Positions 54,821 through 64,000 of a DNA stretch of 64,000 nucleotides are shown piece by piece. The notes beneath the pieces are model-generated. The model was not told where the DNA came from, did no database searches, and was given only the letters and a program-made list of their open reading frames with translations. Source of the stretch: the human T2T-CHM13v2.0 reference genome, Homo sapiens. Where the stretch lies: NCBI RefSeq assembly GCF_009914755.1, contig NC_060934.1, one strand, 5' to 3'. Each line of letters starts with the position of its first letter. The first letter of the stretch is position 1. The translations under genes and the position numbers were made by a program.

Positions 54821-55060
54821 GGTGGCGCGGGGCCGGCTGGGGCAGAGGGAGTTGCGTGCACGAAAGCTCAGCTCGGCCGAAAGACGGCGCACACTGGGTC
54901 GGTCGGCTCCGGCCGGGACTCGGTGGTTACACAGGGCTGCTGGGCATGGCTCAGGCGCGGAGCAAGCGGAGCGCGGCGCCCCCTGTCTTCGTCGAGGCAA
55001 CCGGGAAGCAGCCGCTCGGAGCTACTTGCCCGGCGGCCGAGGCTGCGGCGGCTGCGAGTG
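54821..55060 (-). other. TLL2: TLL2 exon 1 5' UTR (upstream boundary approximate)
   Basis: GC-rich sequence contiguous with the start codon inside the CpG island; the TSS cannot be fixed from sequence alone. Confidence 0.6.
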
Positions 55061-58000
55061 TGGCGGTGGCGGCGGTGGTTGGAGCAGTGGCCGCTCCGCC
55101 CCTCTCCACCAGGGCTGGACCACACAGCCTTCGCCAGGGGCCCTAAGCAGCCAATCACTCGGGCGCCCGAGGCGAGGCCCCTCCTCTTCCCGGCACCTTC
55201 GCAACTTCGGAGGCAGGCGAGCGAGGTGAAGATGCTGGAGCCAAAGGCCGGGGCCAGCTCCGCACCCACCCAGCCTAAGGCGCCTGCCCGGGGCGCCACC
55301 TCGGCCTCTGGCTCCCGAGAATGCTGCTCCTGAAGATCGGGACTGGGCTTCTCGCCTTGTTTTATTTCCATAACTCACTTTACAACTCCCCGATGCACAC
55401 GTGGCCAGAGTGGTTAGAACTCAGAGCGCTGGACCAGGAGCCCTGTGTACGCGATTCATGTCACTACCAACTGGCTATGTGCATTCGGGCAGCTGCTTCT
55501 TTGCAGGGATGAGTGAATGTCTCTCAGGTCCCTCTCAGCAAAGAAAAAAAAATCGAGGATTTCGATTCTCTCAGCTCTCTCCACATTCCCTAGTCGAGCC
55601 ATGAAGGGCGCTTGCTGGCGGCAACTAACCTAACCTAGTGGCCGGCGATAGGTAATGAAAAAAGATTTAAGTCCACAGATTTCCCCTCTCGGTGACCCTA
55701 TCTTTCAGTAAAACCGTCTAAGATGCTTCACACAGTCAAAAAGACACAAATGAACAGCTGTACGTGCTACTTGTGTTAAATTACAGACATGTTTTTATTA
55801 AATAAGCCACTCACCGTTAACTTGATGGAATAAAAATGACCAATTTCTGAAGTCTGTTTTTTTTTTGCCAATTAAAAACATATGCCCAAATAATGACACT
55901 AATCAAGAGCTATTTGAAACCCACTTCTATTTTGTACCTAAAATGTAAAAATTCTCAGAACTGAGCCATTTTGATTTAGAGATATAAAAAGTATTATTAC
56001 TGTGAGGCTTTTCAAAGATCTTTTTATGCAAGTAAAATGGCCCTGTCAACTATAACACACAAATGTGTATGTGTAGAAATGTTTTGCATCATGCCCAGTA
56101 GAATCTTTTTTCAATTTAAACTGCAAGCAGAAAAATGGACAACTTTCCTTTTGGATTTCCACATGGTTTCACATACATCAATGACAAAATAGTCAACAGG
56201 GAGCCCAGAGCTGGGCTTCACATCAAACTCTGAATTTCTTGCACTTATGGTCATCTGTCTTCTCATCTATCAACTGGGATAACAAGTCCTTCACACAAGT
56301 AAAGGGCTAAAAGTTAACTATTGGAAGGATGCTACTCATATTTTGTCCTCGTTCTTAGAAAGAAATGCAATGTTGACCCTGCCTCATGCTGTTTTCATCA
56401 AATGGGCACATAACATACAGAATGGAGCCAGACAGGGCAAGATCTGGTTAGAAACTGGCAGGTGGAAGGAAGGAATTTGAAGAGGATAAATGCCACCAAA
56501 TGGCAGGAAGGCCAAGTGGCCAGCGCATAGGCAAAGGAGTGGGAGGGGGTTGAATGGCATGCATTTCTGCCTGAAAGCCAGAAGGAGTCAAACCCAACGC
56601 CATAGCTCTCTGCATTCACCCCCATGAAGGTCATCACCTCTCAGTAGACGAGTCCAAAGAGTCAACATCTAAAAGGCCTAACAAACTTCTGTGACACTTC
56701 CAGGTCTCCAGATGGCACTAGGCAAACCACCAACTGGCTTCCTTATTAGAAGGGAATTCCTCTGGAAAATAGACATGAGAGGCCACCTCTTGTGCAAGCA
56801 ATGAGGTTGTGAGCTTTTATGACCTCTAATGCCCAGCTGGTGAGTAGTGGCCAGGTCTTCTCACCAACACCCTTTGTCCAAATATTTTGAAGACAGTGGT
56901 GTTGAAGAATGAACAAGCTGCACAGTTTTATGTTATTAAAGTAGAAGGCCAGTTTAGTTGCTACTTTGGCTATCAACCAATAAATGGCAACAAAATATTT
57001 GGTTCACTAGAAAGATCAGAAAAGAATAATTGAAAAGGGACACCATAAGATAGAACTATAAAAGCTAAACTCTAATCTGGGTTTAGATGATTTTTATAAT
57101 GTATTTTTCTTTAATTTAAAAACCATGAAAAAACTGGAGGTAGAGTAACAGGCTTTATGACATAAAACTGCTCAACTTAGCTCCATTATTACATTAATAA
57201 TTACTTCAGGGTTTCCTCTGCCATATCTCTGGGTCCTCTGTGAACCTGAACAAGTGTTTTTCTCCTCTTAGATGTCCATCTCCCACCCAGAGTAACTGGG
57301 TTCTCTTGCCCCTTCAAGTCTACTGAGTTTTATCCACCTGGGCCACTTTCTCATTTTGCCTTTCCAAGCGACTATACATGATAATTTGTTCCAGGCCAGC
57401 TCATTCCTTCATTTACATTGCTCACCACTGAGAAGATACTCAGTTTTCTGGAGAATGTAATTAAAGATACTACAATTTTTAGCAGCTGCTTAAAACCCTT
57501 CCTGGCTCTCCAAAACCTTTATTCAAGTTCTTCAGGGTGGCATAACAGGTCCTCCGTCCATCATCAAGCCTTCCTTTCACCTTTCCAGTCTTGGCTCCTT
57601 ACAACTCCCACATTCCAGTCTTCTGGCATTAAAACACCCTGCAGTCATCCTAACAAGGCTGCTTCACACCCTCCATGTCTCTGCCTGGGACACACTGATA
57701 ATCGCATATCCCACATCCTCATGCCAGCATTGCAGCTACCCTATCTGTGACACTTACCTATCCAGGACTGCCCTTTCTGGTCTATAACTGCAGCAGACCT
57801 CTCTGACCAACCCCAACTTAGAATCACCTTCCATGTCTCACTTTCTAGACTCTCCCTTTTCTTCACTGACCTTCAATATTAAGTCTTGTAATCCTAGTGG
57901 CTTAGACTGAGACACTAAGAATAACCATAACATTGGCCAGCCCCACTTATATCAATTTTCCCCTGCAACCATCTCCCACATTTTTTTCCTTTGAAATCGC

Positions 58001-58943
58001 TGTCAAGCAAAGTAATCGTGCAAACTTTGAAAATCATTTCAAATAATCAAGTAATTTAAAATACATTTGTAAACTACACTGATTCCACATGTCCCAATTA
58101 GGCTTATTCCCCCCTTTTCTAATGTTATATTGCAGAGTAACAGTTCCACAAAAATAGTTCACTTGAAATCAAGAAGCTGGCTGCATACGAGTCCCTTCTG
58201 TCCTTAGTTTTCCAACCAGACAAAAAGTGTTCATTAAAGAAATAAAAAGTAATCCAAATTTGTACCAATGATGTGGCTAACGGGAATTGCCAAGTACAGG
58301 TGTTGACTGAGGCACCTAATAAAACTAGGGGAAAAGAACCAAGGAGGTTGGTCAGGATTTTTAAAAACTAGTCAGAAACGGAAAAACAAAACATACAAAT
58401 AGACATGGAGAAATTAACCACTGATTTCAATGTGGCACAATAAAAATAATCTCTTCCATTCGTATAGAACACTAATTTTCAATGTGACTTCTACATATAT
58501 TACCTGCCTCCCAGGCTAGAGAGGGTGACACCCCCATTTTACAGTTACAATAGTCAAGACAACAGGGCCCTGAATCTTGATGACTTCTGGGCTAAACATA
58601 AGAGCACCTTTAGCTGTGGTTTCTTATCCATAAAACACAGCTATCTACTCTACCAGCTTCACAGGATGGTTGTGAAGGAACAAGTGAAACTGCTTTGAAA
58701 AAGTAGTAAATGCTAAACAAATGCAAAGAATCATCAATCAGAGGATGGCAGGCAAATAGATGGTAAAGTCTGAGTGTAAGAGTCAGAATAGGTATACAAA
58801 AAAGTCAAAAGAATGGCAATAAAAGAAAAATCATTCTTAAGAAAGACCAATCTTATTCACTGGACCATTCTCTCAACTTTACTGTACATTACAGTTCACT
58901 TTTGAAATACAAATTTAAACCTTAAATTTTAAATACATCATTC

Positions 58944-59136
58944 CAGGGGTTAGCGGACTATGGCCTGTGGGCCATTTTTGTGAAGTTATACTGGAACATA
59001 GCCATGCTCATTAGTTTATGTAGTCTACTATGGCTGCTTTGGTGCTACAACGATAGTTTCAACAGAGACTGCACAGCCCTCAAAGCTGAAAGTATTTACT
59101 ATCTAGACCTTCACAGAAAAAGTCTGCAGACCCCTG
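58944..59136. mobile_element. MER58A-like hAT-Charlie
   Basis: TIRs caggggt / acccctg; ggaacatagccatgctcatt...aagtatttactatct. Confidence 0.85.
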
Positions 59137-59244
59137 CTTTAATTGTGGAAAACTATTACTAAGTTATTCATTTGCCTGTCAATAATGGGTTATCCCTTAT
59201 GCTTGGTTCATGTTTCAAAAAGGAAAGAAATAAGGAATCCAAAG

Positions 59245-62200
59245 GAAGTACATTTAACTTTTTATTACTTTTTAAAAATCCAAATTCAGATAAATTAACA
59301 CACTAGGTTAGAACCTCAATTGTATTTGATACATTATATACTGGATTTCTATTACTAAAAAGCCAGTTGGAATATGGCCTATACGAACCAAAGAGTGTAT
59401 ACAAAATGGAAGTGGTCATCAGGCAATAATTGTTTCCTTGGAACTCTGCACCGACTGTCCATGCTCTGTGGGGACTTACACATTCAAGTTTGACAGTTGA
59501 AAAACCAACTGGAGCTGCTTTTCCAAGAATGTTCTGTTGTCCTTCAAATAGAATTCCATGTTATTTCTTTCTTGCCTTAAGCTCTTATATCTTTCAAATG
59601 ACCTAAGCTGATGAACTGGAGTAAACACAAACTGCTGCAGTTATCAATTAGCAAGCCTAGTTCACCAATACTTCAAAATAAACAGACTTCACAAGTTTAT
59701 TTCCATTCCTAACAGTGGAATAATAACTTAATTTTGTTTACTTTTGTCTTTGTAGATTTCTGTCTGCAGCTCCAGTAAGAATGCCAAATCAGATGGCTTT
59801 TAGGAAATGCTCATAGGAGAGAACTAGAGTTATTCCTCACACTGAATTTAAGTCTTACCAGATTTCTGCAGGTTCATATGTTAACGTTCTGATCTAGCCT
59901 ACCTGTAAGTCTAGTTTATTTCTGTACACACTTCCAAATACTCTTCATAAATTTTCACTTCTGACTGAAATATAACACCTTGATTGATAAAATAGTTTCA
60001 TAACTATAGAATTTTAGTGAAGATATAAAACATTAATGAATACTTGTGTTTTAATACATCACTACTCCTATTTATTACATGTTCCAATAAACCAATAGAA
60101 TGAAGCACTAAGACACGGTGAAATCTAAACTTAAAACCCAGATGGAACTGCCATATAGATTACAAATGGGTCTCCCCACCACAGAATTCATATACAAAAG
60201 CCCTTCGGTATGTAGCTTTTCCTGAACAAATACATTAATACACTTTTTGTTTTTTACATTTGTAAAAATTCAAGGTTTTAATAACATTTCTTTGCAAGAC
60301 ATTTGGTATAAGGTGGTTAATAAATATTAGGAAACAAACACTGTACCAAAATGGATATGACTTGTGAATAAACCCTAAATAAAGTGGCTTTTGGAAGAAC
60401 TGGATTTTGCAGCAACCAACTTTATAAAGAGGTCCATCCGCTCTCAATGGAAAACACCCAAGCATACCATTCACTAGGTTCGGATATCACCATAATATAA
60501 TGAATTCTAAGAGTATGGGGTTTGATTTATGGGCAACCCCAGTACAATCTAGGAGCCCAACATGATGAAAAATACTAAAAGAATGCTTCACCATCCCTCA
60601 GGCCATTACATTTCCACCTTATCCTACTCTTGTATTAGGATATATGTATACAAATGTCAACTACTAATGTAGTTAAATTTCAGGAGAAGCATGCTTAAAG
60701 ATACACAAGGAATGTTTAGCCTTAGTTTTTGATAGTATTATCCAAAGTGTGAGTTGAAAGAAATTAAGCAAATAATGTTAACAAACGAAAGACAGATACA
60801 CAGCATTAGTGGGGGTATAAAAACCTCACCTTTCAATTAACTTGAATAATGTTCTATTTTCTATTCTACAACTGAGCGCTAGGGAGCTAAACTATTTGTG
60901 AATTACATCTTCTTTAAGAAGACACACACACACGCACACACATACATACACTTATTCAACCCCTCTATGCAGCCAAAAACCAATACAAGTCCTTTTCTAA
61001 AAGACTTTAAAGGTGATTAATATTCATTTAATGCTCTTAATGTATTTGGAAATCAGAAAATTATTTTTCACCACAGATTCCAAAGAACTTCAAATAGAGC
61101 TCAATTTAGTAGAAAGAATTGGTGTACCTGAAAGCATTTAACCCACACATTTTCAATAAACCCTACATCTTACCTGCAAGATTCATATCATGAGAAACAA
61201 ATTTCATTTTATTAAGACAAAACCTTACTGTCCAATTTATACTCCCATCAGACAGACTATGTATTGGTATGTTAAAAGTACTTTTGAATAAAAGTGGTGA
61301 GAAAGAAACCAAAAAAGTACTTTATATATAGTTAAAAGGTTACATAATATAGGCAACTAAATATTAACTTTTAGTTTCTTTTTTATAAGATCTTAAAGGC
61401 AAGTAAGAAGGAAGAGAAAATGGAAGTACCAATAAATTATATTTAATATACCATTTTGGCTTCAGAAGAGGATTTACCTACAGCTTCTGATCAAATTTGT
61501 TGGATCATATCAATCATACTTAAGTGGTAAGAAATCATACTTTTCACCTTTTAAAGGACTTACATGTCACAATATAGGATGTAGAGTCCATCAATATATA
61601 GGTACATATTTTGTAATGAAAACATCTTGTGTAACTATTAATTGCATGATTTTCATATTAAGGTTTAAATACAGGTGTTTTGAGTCTTTCTAAAAATAAC
61701 AATATAAAGTATTGTTTTAGGTGGTCATTTGCATAGCAAACTATTAAACTAGCTCAGTGGTTCTAGGAAAACTTCATATTATGAATAGTTCCAGAAAAAT
61801 GTATTCAAATCACTTCTCTTACAAAACTGTAACCTTTATTTGTTGATCCAACAGTACGTTAACCACTTTTACCCCATCCCCACTTTACACGGTACACCAA
61901 CCTGAACAGATTTTGTGCCACAATTTCATTCAAAGGGTTTGTCATTCACTTTATGATTGTGCTGGATAATCTAGATGTAAGCAAGTCTGGAGATTTTAAA
62001 ATACGGGTCCCCTGTATGAGAGTAGCATAGTTTATAGCATACTTTTAAAAATGGCATTCGGTAATTTTGCCTTCTGGACAGAAAGATATCTTCAAATTGC
62101 AAACACATCTATTTCCACAAAACAATTTGGTCAGGAAATTTTATTTGAACATTCTAAAGCAATAATGCTTTAGATGTTACTTAAGTGTCCCAGACAGGAT

Positions 62201-63402
62201 TAACAAAATTAAGTGTCTCTAAATTACAAATTTGGCTCCTGTAGGAGTCTCAGAAAATAAACAGAAGAAAACAACCCCCCTCCCAAAAGAAGTATGACAC
62301 ACACATTTTGAAGAAACCCCAATGTTTCATGCAATGGTAGGCAAGATGTAAAAGCCCACCCAAATCACACATTTCTACACCAATCATCATAAGAAAAAAG
62401 TACTCTGTAGTCGATCTGTACATCCAAATGCATTTGGGAATCTACACCTACGTTACATTATTTAATGTTATATACATTTATTACCCACCCCCCTTGTTTT
62501 TAATAATTTCTTATGTAAAACCTTCATTCAAACCCAAAAGATTTAAGACTAACTTGGGGGGAAAAAAGATAATCACTTTAGACATTCAGTTAAAATGTAG
62601 TTTATCTAAATCTCAAAATGTTTAATAAAAACAAGTATCTTCTCCATTTAACACTTTGCTTTCTAACTGTACAGTAAATTGCATTGTAGAGAGTACACTT
62701 CTGTCTTCAAACTGTATCTTCTTTGGATGGAATTAAGATGTAACTGTATAGTTTTAAGATAAATAAATGGGAAGTTGGTCCAACTAAGATGACAGCAGAT
62801 ATATTACATGCAGGATTTAATATTTTCTAATTCTCTCTTTTAAAAAAAAGGATGCTGTTGGATTGGGAAAAAAAAAAGTCAAAAAAGAACCCAGATTCAA
62901 TATATAAAAATGTCCCACAATAGGTCGACAATGGCAGTAAAAATAAGAGGAAAAAAGTAATCTTTCTGGAACATCATTTTTCAATAACATAGAAACACTA
63001 AGTGCCAGGAAGATTCCTATTCATGTAATTTTAGCATCCAAGTTTCCCTCTATTTATTTTATTGGAACAAATGCTTTAAATAAACTATTTGTCCTCTTCA
63101 CTGAAGAGAGCTGGTCTATTTCATCTTTAATGAGCTAGTTTTTGGGAAGATTAGCCATGTACTGTAGTAATGCCTACTGCATAAAATCCAAGCATTTGCT
63201 GTGAACAGTTGGAGAAAGCAGTCAGGAAGAACCTAGGATCAATGGAAATAGATGTTACTTTAAGCCACCGACGAAAGAGAGACCCACAAAGTACCCAGTG
63301 TGTTAAAGCCCAAATCTCTTCTTGCGTTTGTTTGTTTTTGCTGTGCAAGTTCCACCCCTATGAAAAAGAAATTGATCCAAAGTTCCAGGTTTTCTTGGGT
63401 CT
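59245..63402 (-). other. TM9SF3: TM9SF3 3' UTR (long, AU-rich)
   Basis: Follows the TAG; AT-rich and essentially free of interspersed repeats until the AATAAA at 59261-59266; end approximate. Confidence 0.8.
59261..59266 (-). terminator. TM9SF3: Distal polyadenylation signal AATAAA of TM9SF3
   Basis: tttatt on plus; U-rich downstream element on minus (ccttatttctttcctttt); repeats (MER58) resume just beyond. Confidence 0.7.
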
Positions 63403-63470
63403 CTAGTCAATTTTCACATTAGTATAGATTTTTCGGACAAAGGCACTTGTTCCCATGTAACCAATCGCTC
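63403..63470 (-). CDS. TM9SF3: Transmembrane 9 superfamily member 3, last coding exon
   Basis: Acceptor tttattttatctttgcag| at 63471; reads (G)[24 protein letters not shown], the TM9SF3 C-terminus with KxD motif; 68 nt, preceded by a phase-1 intron. Confidence 0.95.
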
Positions 63471-64000
63471 CTGCAAAGATAAAATAAGATGTTTTGAAAC
63501 AAATACATACAGAGCAGTATCCATCATTTAAAAACACTAAATACTCTATGCTCTGGAAAGTTATTCTTTTTTAAAGAAAATATCCTTATGTTAGTATTCT
63601 CTCTGAACTTACTAAAACTGTATCATTTGCTTTGCAAATCACCTGATACCATAATACACTGAGTCTGACCATCATACGCCAAGTCTAATCAAGTAGCAAT
63701 TATTTCTTGTATAATCAGTAACTACAGAATTAAAATACATCTCTTATAAAGCAAGAATAATTTGATAATGGCAAAAGGTTGTTAAATCAAAAAACATGCC
63801 TTCTTTGATTTGAAGATATACTATTCTAGGTCATTAAAGTAAAAATCAATATATCTTCCCAAAATCCAATAGATAAATAGTTAGAAGTGACTGAAAATTC
63901 TCTTAAGGAAGGACAGGGAACCATGTCCCAATAGCAGTTGAAGCTCTAGAGAAGAGGCATTTTCTGACAGCTTCTTTTTTATTTTTAAGTTGTAGAAGCT

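Larger units (their letters stand above)
53560..55450. promoter_or_regulatory. TLL2: CpG island / TLL2 promoter
   Basis: Abrupt rise in GC and CpG density spanning exon 1; CCAAT box (agccaatca, ~55149-55157) upstream of the leader. Confidence 0.9.

Noticed and set aside
54821-55000. 60-codon in-frame extension upstream of the TLL2 ATG (TTG start in the ORF track)
   Set aside because: Non-AUG start; the ATG at 54820 has a strong Kozak context and opens a signal peptide.
53481-55378. Many long overlapping ORFs (110-190 aa) around the CpG island
   Set aside because: Stop-codon depletion in GC-rich DNA; only the frame containing TLL2 exon 1 has a recognisable product and splice donor.
55401-55500. 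tRNA-like A-box (gtggccagagtggttaga)
   Set aside because: No cloverleaf or B-box; consistent with a decayed MIR head.
59245-63402. Other miRNA seed matches (miR-30, miR-101, miR-181, miR-218)
   Set aside because: 7-mers expected by chance in a 4-kb AU-rich UTR; need conservation data.

Overview
Primate (human-like) genomic DNA, repeat-rich, with two genes on the minus strand in tandem. Most of the window is the 5' part of TLL2 (tolloid-like 2 astacin metalloprotease): a CpG-island promoter, coding exon 1 (54646-54820), a 33-kb intron 1, coding exon 2 (21475-21585) and the first 21 kb of intron 2. The right end holds the last coding exon (63403-63470) and ~4.1-kb 3' UTR of TM9SF3, whose distal AATAAA lies only ~4.4 kb upstream of the TLL2 ATG. 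The introns contain about 23 Alus, old L1/L2/MIR fragments, MaLR/ERVL LTRs (including an LTR-internal-LTR MLT1 remnant) and DNA-transposon relics; subfamily names are from recalled consensus sequences, not from a search. I found no prokaryote-type system, CRISPR array, RNA gene or novel protein-coding gene; nearly all ORF-track entries are chance or repeat-derived frames. The best leads are hypotheses: a phase-compatible TM9SF3-TLL2 read-through splice, in-frame skipping of TLL2 exon 2 (which carries the FWGD latency motif), a short uORF in the TLL2 leader, two K50-homeodomain dimer-type palindromes in repeat-free intronic blocks, and several template-switch or templated-insertion scars visible against repeat consensus.
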